Source: Thermococcus sp. JdFR-02
GTDB lineage: Archaea; Methanobacteriota_B; Thermococci; Thermococcales; Thermococcaceae
NCBI GenBank assembly: GCA_002009975.1
Contig: MTLP01000012.1
Span: forward strand, 64,001 to 128,000
Direction: 5' to 3'
DNA: 64,000 bases
Shown: in pieces, positions 56,136 to 64,000 of the stretch
Layout of the letters: every line of letters begins with the position of its first letter
Position numbering within the stretch: the first letter of the stretch is position 1
The notes under the pieces: generated by a model
Databases searched by the model: none
Told to the model about the DNA's origin: nothing
What the model saw: only the letters and a program-made list of their open reading frames with translations
Translations under genes and position numbers: made by a program

Positions 56136-57701
56136 TTTTTTGATGGTTTTTTTGAGTTTTTCATTTTCTTGTTTTTTGTTATAATAGGTTGGGTCAACAT
56201 ATTTTGGTTTTCTTTTAGCGAATTCTGAGTCTTTTTCAAATATTTCTGTTAGGACTTTTCCGTCCATGTCGTTTGGGATTGGTAGGTTAAAGATGTGGAG
56301 GACTGTGGGGGCAATGTCATAGATTTTTGCATTTTCTATTTTGTAACCTTTCTTAATCCCCGGACCATAAGCAAGAAAAATACCATCTACATGATGGGTT
56401 CCAAATGGTGAGGAAATTTTCTCAATCATTGGAGCACTTAAATCCAAGGACGTCGAAAGACCATAGCCCCTCTTCAACAAGAAAATTATGTCTGGAGCTT
56501 CATCTAGATATGGTCCAGAATACACTTCTTCCTTTTTATAGACAGCTTCAATGATGCGTTCTCCTGTTTCTGGGTCTTTAAGGGTAGACAGCTTAGAGGT
56601 CAATTCATCCCTAAGCTTTTCATATTGTTCTTTGCTCTGAACTTTTTCACGATTGATTGATAGATATTGAGATGCGCTTCCAAATTGAATACCCGCATAA
56701 ACAATGCTTTCCTTGAGATCTACCTCAATAGAAGAAGAAGGAAGCTTTGCCTTGATAGACACAGGAAGGTATTTTCGGATCCAATCCAAACGGAGCTTCC
56801 TGAGTATTCTCAAAACAGAAGCCTGAGTGATGCCAATCTGCATTAATAGTGATTTATCCGGGCCTTCCGGTGGAGTTTCTCTCTTTTTAAGTTTAACATA
56901 TCCCATCTCATAAAGCCATTTAGTGATGTTGAAGTATCTCTTAAGCTCACAGAATCCATGATCAGACATCAGGATAACAAGTGTATCCTCAGGAATAGTC
57001 TTAAGTATAATAGACAGGCTTTTATCTACTTCGGCGTACACTCTAAGCAGTTTTTCTCTATCTTGGAACTGTTTATGTTGAACTACATCTGTCGCTTGGA
57101 ATAATACAAAGAAAAAGTCCCACGGATGATTTTTTATCAAATGGATGACTGTTTTTGTTCTTTTTTGTATCGTTCTTATAAGCTCGTTTATGAATTCCTC
57201 AGTATCCCACTTAGTTCTGACAATTTCTGGATCAGGTTCAATAATATATCCAAGTTTTTCTAGTTCTTCTGAAATCTTATTAGGATACACATAGTCTTCA
57301 GCATTGGGTGGGGTTAACATCCCTGAGATCACTACCCCATTAATTTTTTCAGGAGGGTACGTGACAGGATGATTGATGATTATTGACCTCTTGCCGTAGA
57401 AACTTAGATAATTCCATATCTTTTTTGATCTCACATCAGAAGATTTCACAATCCGAACTTTTCCAGTTTTGGTATCAACTATTATGAAGTTATAAACACC
57501 TAGCTTTGCTGGATTCTTTCCTGTAGCAAAGGAAGGCCATGCTGGCACTGTTACGGGTGGGATTGTGCTTTTTAAAATTCCCCATGTCCCGTTTTCCAAC
57601 AATTTTTTAAATGTCGGTAATTTCCCCTCTTTCACAAATGGCAAAATAACGTCCCAAGTTGCACCATCTAACCCAACAACGAATACTTTTATTTGAGTCA
57701 C
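56118..57701 (-). CDS. Alkaline-phosphatase-superfamily nucleotide pyrophosphatase/phosphodiesterase
   Basis: VGLDGATW, STIPPVTVPAW..FATGKNP, DVVQH, MSDHGF, DIAPTVL, MDGKVL. GTG after GGAGG. Confidence 0.88.
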   Translation of the reverse strand: MTQIKVFVVGLDGATWDVILPFVKEGKLPTFKKLLENGTWGILKSTIPPVTVPAWPSFATGKNPAKLGVYNFIIVDTKTGKVRIVKSSDVRSKKIWNYLSFYGKRSIIINHPVTYPPEKINGVVISGMLTPPNAEDYVYPNKISEELEKLGYIIEPDPEIVRTKWDTEEFINELIRTIQKRTKTVIHLIKNHPWDFFFVLFQATDVVQHKQFQDREKLLRVYAEVDKSLSIILKTIPEDTLVILMSDHGFCELKRYFNITKWLYEMGYVKLKKRETPPEGPDKSLLMQIGITQASVLRILRKLRLDWIRKYLPVSIKAKLPSSSIEVDLKESIVYAGIQFGSASQYLSINREKVQSKEQYEKLRDELTSKLSTLKDPETGERIIEAVYKKEEVYSGPYLDEAPDIIFLLKRGYGLSTSLDLSAPMIEKISSPFGTHHVDGIFLAYGPGIKKGYKIENAKIYDIAPTVLHIFNLPIPNDMDGKVLTEIFEKDSEFAKRKPKYVDPTYYNKKQENEKLKKTIKKLRKKF

Positions 57702-57714
57702 TTTTTGCCCTCCA

Positions 57715-58923
57715 CTATTTTTGGTAGTCTTGTAGAACCTTTTCATATATTGCAATTATTTCTCCACTAATCTTTGAATAATCAAATTTCTCTCTCCATT
57801 TTAAAGCGTTTTGTGACAATTTTTTTCTAAGTTCTTCATCAGACTTAAGTTCAAGTATGGCATTTACCAAAATTTGTGGATTCTTAGGAGGTATTAGATA
57901 TGCATCATGCAGATGTGTTAAGATTTTCTCAGTATATCCAACTTTTGTGACTATTGATGGTTTTCCCATACAAAGAGCTTCCTGGAGAGTTGTAGACCAA
58001 ATATTTTCTACAGGTGATAAAGCACAAAAAACATCGCTTAATGCATACCATACTTCAGTATCACTCCTTTTTCCTATGATTATGAGGTTTTTTAAATTAT
58101 TTTTTGCTTTTAATTTTCTGATTTTGCTTTCTAATTTTCCACTACCAACTATTAAGAACATAACGTTTTTTTCATTTCTAAGTATCTTCGCTGCTTTAAC
58201 TAGTGTTTCTGGATCCTTATCCCAGTCTACTCTAGCCAAAAACAAAACTATAAATTTGTCATAAAGTGCCAATTTTTCTCTATATTTCTTTGCATTTTCC
58301 AAAATTTTCTCAGAAAATGGGTTGAATCTTTCTAAGTTTATTCCCTTATATGTAAAATAAATCTTGTACTTCAAGTTGGGATAGTTGGAAAGGAGAAGAT
58401 CCCTTAGTTCTTCATGATGAGTTAGTATTGCATCAGCTTTTTTGATTATAACATCCAACATCATTTTGAGATACTTATTGTCAAAACTTTGGATATAGTT
58501 AGTTAATGGGATTCTAATGTCATTTCCATGGGCAGTTACGATTAATGGTTTCTTATATTTCTCTTTTAGTTTTACTCCCGCATAGCCAGAAGGCCAGGCA
58601 AAATGGGCATGAATTAAATCAAAATCGATATTCTCTTTTTCAATAATCTGGCTAGCAACTTTAAAATAGTTGTTTCCCAGATGCTTTCTGAAAAATGTTA
58701 TTGGAAGGTGAAAGAATCTCGGATAATATACCTTTACATTATCATAATTATAATCTTTGAGATTCCTTTTTGTTCCCAATGGCTGTGGAGAGATGACAGT
58801 TATCTCTTTAAAGTACTTCTTAAGTTCATTAACTTGCTCTTTTACAAAAATACCTCCATAAAAAGAGTTATCTTTATTTGGGAATAGGTTAGATAAGATA
58901 AGTAACCGTCTATTAAATTTCAT
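57715..58923 (-). CDS. Glycosyltransferase family 4
   Basis: DLIHAH, VTAHGND, E....TLQEALCMGKP (EX7E). Confidence 0.88.
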   Translation of the reverse strand: MKFNRRLLILSNLFPNKDNSFYGGIFVKEQVNELKKYFKEITVISPQPLGTKRNLKDYNYDNVKVYYPRFFHLPITFFRKHLGNNYFKVASQIIEKENIDFDLIHAHFAWPSGYAGVKLKEKYKKPLIVTAHGNDIRIPLTNYIQSFDNKYLKMMLDVIIKKADAILTHHEELRDLLLSNYPNLKYKIYFTYKGINLERFNPFSEKILENAKKYREKLALYDKFIVLFLARVDWDKDPETLVKAAKILRNEKNVMFLIVGSGKLESKIRKLKAKNNLKNLIIIGKRSDTEVWYALSDVFCALSPVENIWSTTLQEALCMGKPSIVTKVGYTEKILTHLHDAYLIPPKNPQILVNAILELKSDEELRKKLSQNALKWREKFDYSKISGEIIAIYEKVLQDYQK

Positions 58924-59995
58924 TTTTAGTCTCCTCTATCGTTTTTACTATTTTTTCACTTGCTTTTCCGTCCCCGAATTTATAAGTGTAGACTTTTCCA
59001 TTTGGATTGAAGTCTCTGATTGCATTCAATATTTTTTCTTTGTCAGCACCAACTAAGATGTTCCATCCGTCTTCTACGGTCTCAACCCACTCCGTTCTTT
59101 CTCTTAATGTGATGCACGGGACTTTTAAGAAGTATGCTTCTTTTTGAACGCCACCAGAATCTGTTAAAATTTTCCTTGCATTCTCCTCAAGAACCAGCAT
59201 GTCTAAGTAACCAACTGGTGGAATTAGTAGCACATTTCCTGCTTTTTCAAGCTTTTTGAGAAGTTTATAAGCTTTCAAATACTTTTGAGTTCTCGGATGG
59301 GCTGGAAAGACAATTAATTCCCCACTCTTAATGAAGGCTTCAATGATGTTCTCCAAATTCTTTCTGTTATCAGTATTCTCAGCTCTGTGGACTGTTGCTA
59401 ATAAGTATTCTCTGGATTTTAGCCCGAGTTCTTTTAGAATATTTGAGTTTTTCCTTGCAATTTTGATATTATAGAGCAAAGCGTCATACATGACATCACC
59501 GGTCAGATAAACTCCCTCTTTAATTCCTTCATTATATAAGTTTTTGACAGCAGTTTCAGTTGGCGCAAAGAGGAAGTTACTAATGTGGTCTGTCAAAACT
59601 CTGTTAACTTCTTCGGGCATTTTTTTGTTAAAGCTTCTTAAGCCAGCCTCTATGTGAGCGACTTTGATGTGAAGCTTTACAGCGGCTAAGGCACCAGCCA
59701 ATGTTGAGTTGGTGTCGCCGTAAACCAAAACTAAGTCGGGGTTTTCTTTGAGTAGGACTTTTTCAATTTGTTTTAGCATTTCCCCTGTTTGGTAGCCGTG
59801 AGTTCCAGAGCCTACTTCGAGATAATAATCGGGCTTTGGAATGTTTAATTGTTCAAAAAATATTTTGTCCATTTCATAATCATAGTGTTGTCCAGTATGA
59901 ATTACAATCTCATCAAAGTGTTTTCTTAATTCTTTTGAAACAGGAGCCATTTTAATGAACTGCGGACGGGCGCCAACAACCGTAACAATCCTCAT
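58913..59995 (-). CDS. wecB: UDP-N-acetylglucosamine 2-epimerase, non-hydrolysing (WecB/WbpI-like)
   Basis: GARPQFIK, HTGQHYD, VYGDTNS, HIEAGLRS, MPEEVNR, TDSGGVQKEA, RERTEW. Confidence 0.93.
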   Translation of the reverse strand: MRIVTVVGARPQFIKMAPVSKELRKHFDEIVIHTGQHYDYEMDKIFFEQLNIPKPDYYLEVGSGTHGYQTGEMLKQIEKVLLKENPDLVLVYGDTNSTLAGALAAVKLHIKVAHIEAGLRSFNKKMPEEVNRVLTDHISNFLFAPTETAVKNLYNEGIKEGVYLTGDVMYDALLYNIKIARKNSNILKELGLKSREYLLATVHRAENTDNRKNLENIIEAFIKSGELIVFPAHPRTQKYLKAYKLLKKLEKAGNVLLIPPVGYLDMLVLEENARKILTDSGGVQKEAYFLKVPCITLRERTEWVETVEDGWNILVGADKEKILNAIRDFNPNGKVYTYKFGDGKASEKIVKTIEETKNEI

Positions 59996-61080
59996 TTTAA
60001 TCCCTCGTATAATCTTAATAATCTATTTTCCATTTTTTCCCAAGTATATTTTGCTAAAAAAACTTTTTTGCCATTGTGTCCCATTTTTTTAATGTACTTG
60101 GGGTTGTTTATTAAATAAAGGAGCTTTTGTTTTGCATCATTTTTGCTATATTTAACGCCTAAACCACATTTCCCTCTTTTAACAATTTCCTCCATTACAG
60201 AACCCTCTGTAACAAGGAGAGGGGTCTTAAGAGCCATTGCTTCAAATAGTTTATTTGGAGATGCAAGTTGGTTATTTTTAGTTGAAGGGTCATAAATTGC
60301 AAAAGTTACATGTGATCTTGAAAGTTCTTTTAACGAGTTATCATGTGATACATATCCGAGAAATCTACACTTATCGTAACATCTTTTTTTGACTTCTTCA
60401 AGAAGTTTGCCTGATCCGGCTATCTTTATTTTAATTCCTAATTTTTTAGCTATGTCAATCATCTCAATAATAAAACGTCCTTCTGATAAAACTCCCGCAT
60501 AAAAAATTGTAAACTCTCTATTCTTTTTTATAGGGAGTTTTATTGGGGAGATAGTGTTCATTACAACAATTATTTTTTCTTTTCGTCCTCTTTCTCTTAA
60601 AATCTTAATAAATCTCTTGTTAACAACTATGATATTATCGCTCCTCTTTATTATCCAGGAGTCGAGATGAGATATAATTTTTGATGCAAGCTTATTTTCT
60701 CTTTCCACAAGACTTTCATACAAGTCATGGATATCATAAATCCACCTCTTTCTCTTTAGCTTTTTTATTAAAAACCCTAAAAAAGCAGTGTCAAAATCGT
60801 GGGTGTGTATTGCATCAAAATTTTCTTTTAGGAGGATTTTTAGAGCTTTGAGATAAAACAATGGGAGCTTAAGAGCGAAATCTGAAAAATTTCCATACTT
60901 TGATCTTAGTTTGATTCTTTTTATTTTAATTCCTTCAAAATTTTCTTCCGTAGGATATTTTCCTTCTCTATCCCAAGCAATTATGGTAACATCATGACCA
61001 TGTTTAATCAAGCTTCTTGCTTCTTTATAAACCCTAGGATCGGGCTTGAAGGGATTACTAAGTGTCATTACGATTTTCAT
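59992..61080 (-). CDS. Glycosyltransferase family 4
   Basis: PDPRVYKEA, IHTHDFD, YDIHD, SPNKLFEAMA. Confidence 0.9.
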   Translation of the reverse strand: MKIVMTLSNPFKPDPRVYKEARSLIKHGHDVTIIAWDREGKYPTEENFEGIKIKRIKLRSKYGNFSDFALKLPLFYLKALKILLKENFDAIHTHDFDTAFLGFLIKKLKRKRWIYDIHDLYESLVERENKLASKIISHLDSWIIKRSDNIIVVNKRFIKILRERGRKEKIIVVMNTISPIKLPIKKNREFTIFYAGVLSEGRFIIEMIDIAKKLGIKIKIAGSGKLLEEVKKRCYDKCRFLGYVSHDNSLKELSRSHVTFAIYDPSTKNNQLASPNKLFEAMALKTPLLVTEGSVMEEIVKRGKCGLGVKYSKNDAKQKLLYLINNPKYIKKMGHNGKKVFLAKYTWEKMENRLLRLYEGLK

Positions 61081-61084
61081 TTTC

Positions 61085-62059
61085 TCACCTATAAGCTTTC
61101 TTTCCAAAGATCAGTCCAACAACAAAACCAATTGAAATTAGATTGTGAAACAGAAACATAGCAAAAGGCAATGCTAATGCATCTCTATTCTTGAAGTTGA
61201 GGCTTAATCTAATGCCTTCCATAAACAGGAGAAGCCAATACCCTAAAAACAGCCACAATAGGGGGGGTATAACAGGTAGAATTATTTCAAAACTCAAAAA
61301 TCCAACAGGGAATAACCATAAAGGTGAAAAGTAGCCTTTTCTAATAGCCATAGCTTTGACAATTCCGTAATTAAAAGTTTGTCTCAAAAAGCCTTTCCAA
61401 GTTGAGCGAGCAAAATAGTGACTCTTAATTTCTGGATTAAAGAATAGTTTGTACCCTTTTTTGTTTATTCTCAAATTGAACTCGAAGTCGTTTCCGACGA
61501 TCATATCCTCATCAAACATGCCAATTTCAATGGCTATTTTTTTGTCATAAAGTGCAAAGGCGACTGTTTTCGCAAAATGTGGCTTCTCTTCATACCAAAA
61601 TGTGCTTGCACCAGAAAGAGGAGAGGAGTAGATTAAAGCTACAAACTTGGCTAATCTGTTTTCATAGAGCTTGATTATCTTTCCCCCAACTCCTGCAAGT
61701 CTTGGCTCTCTTTTCTTAACTTCAAGAAATGTTTCAACACTTTTCCTTAAAAAATCTCTTTCAGGATAAGCATGGGCACCAAAAATTATGAATAACTCTC
61801 CATTTGCTTTCCTAATTCCTTCATTGAAGGCATAGACTTGCTTTCTTTTTGAATTGATAAAGTACTTTATCAGATCTGGATACTTTTTTTGAAACTCCTC
61901 AATGATGTTTTCTGTCTCATCTGTGCTCATTCCATTAAAAACAAGGATCTCGTACTTATCTTTTGGATAATCCTGATTAACCCACTCTTCAAGGCATTTT
62001 CTTATGTATCTTTCTTCATTATATGCTGGAATGATAACGCTCACGAAAGGGTACTCCAT
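61085..62059 (-). CDS. Glycosyltransferase family 2 (ExoA-like) with C-terminal TMs
   Basis: VSVIIPAYNEE, GMSTD, GMFDE....NDFEFNLR. Confidence 0.9.
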   Translation of the reverse strand: MEYPFVSVIIPAYNEERYIRKCLEEWVNQDYPKDKYEILVFNGMSTDETENIIEEFQKKYPDLIKYFINSKRKQVYAFNEGIRKANGELFIIFGAHAYPERDFLRKSVETFLEVKKREPRLAGVGGKIIKLYENRLAKFVALIYSSPLSGASTFWYEEKPHFAKTVAFALYDKKIAIEIGMFDEDMIVGNDFEFNLRINKKGYKLFFNPEIKSHYFARSTWKGFLRQTFNYGIVKAMAIRKGYFSPLWLFPVGFLSFEIILPVIPPLLWLFLGYWLLLFMEGIRLSLNFKNRDALALPFAMFLFHNLISIGFVVGLIFGKKAYR

Positions 62060-62119
62060 AGTTTCACCATTAACAAAGCTTATATCTAAACTTAGCACTA
62101 TAAATCCTTGGTGTTAGTA

Positions 62120-62725
62120 ATGGCTCAAAAATATTTTGTTCATCCTTTGGCTGTTGTTGAGGAGAATGTTCAAATTGGGGAAGGAACAAGAATCTGGCAC
62201 TTCGCACACGTAAGAAAAGGGGCAAAAATAGGAAAAAACTGCAACATTGGAAAAGACGTTTACATTGATGTTGATGTTGAAATAGGCAACAACGTAAAAA
62301 TCCAAAACGGAGTAAGCGTTTATCACGGAGTCAAAGTCGAAGATGATGTCTTCCTCGGACCACACATGACGTTTACAAACGACTTATACCCAAGAGCGTT
62401 CAATCAAGACTGGGAGCTAGTGCCGACACTAGTCAAAAAAGGCGCAAGCATAGGAGCGCACGCAACAATAGTCTGCGGGGTAACGATAGGCGAATACGCC
62501 ATGGTAGGTGCTGGTGCTGTTGTTACCAAGGATGTTCCGCCATTTGGCTTAGTATATGGAAATCCCGCAAGATTAAAAGGCTTTGTCTGTTACTGTGGAA
62601 GAAAGCTCAGGAAAAAAGTTGGCGAGGATGAAAATCACATCATATTCAAATGCTCTCACTGCGGAAAAGAAGTTAAAATCAGAAAAGAAGATTATGAAAA
62701 ATACTTAAAGGAGAAAGATTTGTGA
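62120..62725 (+). CDS. Hexapeptide-repeat N-acetyltransferase (WbpD/WlbB-like)
   Basis: RIWHFAHV, VKIQNGVSVY, VFLGP..TFTND.YPR, GNPAR, C-terminal CYCG...CSHC. Confidence 0.9.
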   Translation: MAQKYFVHPLAVVEENVQIGEGTRIWHFAHVRKGAKIGKNCNIGKDVYIDVDVEIGNNVKIQNGVSVYHGVKVEDDVFLGPHMTFTNDLYPRAFNQDWELVPTLVKKGASIGAHATIVCGVTIGEYAMVGAGAVVTKDVPPFGLVYGNPARLKGFVCYCGRKLRKKVGEDENHIIFKCSHCGKEVKIRKEDYEKYLKEKDL

Positions 62726-62734
62726 GGTGTTTGA

Positions 62735-63832
62735 ATGATTCCGATTGCTAAGCCTTTAATTAGTGATGAAGAGATTAACGCAGTCATTGATGTTTTAAAA
62801 AGCGGAATGCTTGCTCATGGAAAAGAAGTCGAAGCCTTTGAAAAAGAATTCGCCCAATACTTAGGAGCAAAACACGGAATAGCCGTTTGTAATGGAACAG
62901 CCGCCCTAGATGTAGCCCTAAAAGCCCTCAAAATTAAACCAGGAGACGAGGTGATAACAACACCCTTCACCTTCATGGCATCATCAAACGTTATACTATT
63001 CCAAGGAGCAAAACCCATATTTGCCGATATTGATCCAAAAACCTTCAACCTCGACCCAAACGAAGTTTTAGAAAAAATTAACGACAAAACGAAAGCCATA
63101 ATTGTAGTCCACCTTTATGGACAACCAGCAGACATGAAGGCTTTCAAAGAAATTGCCGAGGATTACAACCTCTATTTAGTTGAAGACTGCGCCCAAGCTC
63201 ATGGCGCTGAGTTTAAGGGGCAAAAAGTTGGAACCTTTGGCGACATTGCCGCATTCAGCTTCTACCCCACAAAAAACATGACCACCGGAGAAGGAGGAAT
63301 AGTTGTAACAAACAATGACGAATTAGCTGAGAGGGCTAAGCTGATTAGGAGTCATGGGCAGACGAAGAAGTATTTGCAGGAGGAGCTCGGCTATAATTTG
63401 AGGATGACAAACATTGCTGCAGCCATTGGTAGGGTTCAGTTGAAAAAGCTTGATGAGTGGAATGCCAAGAGGATTGAGAACGCTAAATTGCTAACTGAGG
63501 GGATAAGCAAGATTAAAGGCTTAACTCCGCCCTATGTTGATCCTCGTGTGAAGCACGTTTTCCATCAATACGTGATTAGGGTTGAGGATGATTTTTCGCT
63601 GAGTAGGGATGAGCTCATGGAGAGGCTTAGGGAAAGGGGGATTGGAACTGCTGTTCATTACCCGATTCCAGTTCATCATCAGCCTTTCTATCAAAAGCTT
63701 GGCTATCCTAAGGATATTTGTCCGAATGCTATTGAGGCTTCAAAGAAAGTGCTAAGCCTGCCAGTTCATCCAGCTGTAAGCAGAGAAGACATTGATTATA
63801 TAATTCAAACTCTTAGGGAGTTTTCCTCTTGA
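62735..63832 (+). CDS. DegT/DnrJ/EryC1/StrS aminotransferase (WbpE-like)
   Basis: NGTAAL, VHLYGQ, EDCAQAHG, FSFYPTKNMTTGEGG, GYNLRM, LSLPVHP. Confidence 0.93.
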   Translation: MIPIAKPLISDEEINAVIDVLKSGMLAHGKEVEAFEKEFAQYLGAKHGIAVCNGTAALDVALKALKIKPGDEVITTPFTFMASSNVILFQGAKPIFADIDPKTFNLDPNEVLEKINDKTKAIIVVHLYGQPADMKAFKEIAEDYNLYLVEDCAQAHGAEFKGQKVGTFGDIAAFSFYPTKNMTTGEGGIVVTNNDELAERAKLIRSHGQTKKYLQEELGYNLRMTNIAAAIGRVQLKKLDEWNAKRIENAKLLTEGISKIKGLTPPYVDPRVKHVFHQYVIRVEDDFSLSRDELMERLRERGIGTAVHYPIPVHHQPFYQKLGYPKDICPNAIEASKKVLSLPVHPAVSREDIDYIIQTLREFSS

Positions 63833-63855
63833 TTTAAATTTTCAAGGTGGTCAAA

Positions 63856-64000
63856 ATGCTTCGTGTTGGAGTTGTTGGTGTTGGCAACATGGGTTTTCAT
63901 CATGCGAGGATTTATAGTGAGTTGGCTAGGGAGAGGAGAGTTGAGTTCGTTGGGGTTGCTGATGCTAATTTTGAGCGTGCAAGAGAGGTTGCTAAGCAGT
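63856..64000 (+). CDS. Gfo/Idh/MocA oxidoreductase (WbpB-like), 3'-truncated by the window edge
   Basis: ATG after AGGTGG. MLRVGVVGVGNMGFHHARIYSEL...VGVAD Rossmann start. Not in the ORF track. Confidence 0.85.
   Translation, partial: MLRVGVVGVGNMGFHHARIYSELARERRVEFVGVADANFERAREVAKQ

Noticed and set aside
1-64000. CRISPR array or cas genes
   Set aside because: No ~30-bp direct repeats with unique spacers and no Cas motifs. The only tandem repeat is the coding TTPTE linker.

Overview
A dense, AT-rich chromosomal segment from a hyperthermophilic archaeon of the order Thermococcales. The assignment rests on a CGP-CTERM sorting signal, the Thermococcales glycolytic motif (TGM), CarS, MfnA, GGTGA ribosome-binding sites and TATA promoters. 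It carries about 50 CDS: an Opp/Dpp peptide ABC transporter, nadE, pyrC/pyrK, an ODP plus soluble chemoreceptor pair, a GH57 4-alpha-glucanotransferase divergent from a secreted triple DOMON-like protein, two COG1361-associated exporters (MacB-type ABC and HAE3/RND), sulfur-relay genes (ttuA, SAMP, UbaA/MoeB, moaE), glnA, and the start of a glycosylation island (wbpB/E/D-like, epimerase, glycosyltransferases, flippase). Features absent from the ORF track are tRNA-Ala(CGC), three C/D-box sRNA genes with readable rRNA guides, several palindromic operators, and a ~200-bp protein-free IS200/IS605-like element between the two hydro-lyase subunit genes. That element appears to carry its own TATA promoter and a complete TnpB omega/reRNA-like scaffold with pseudoknot, and is the most interesting signal here. 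Family and rRNA-target assignments come from motif recognition and recalled sequences, not database searches. No CRISPR array, integrase or intact transposase is visible.
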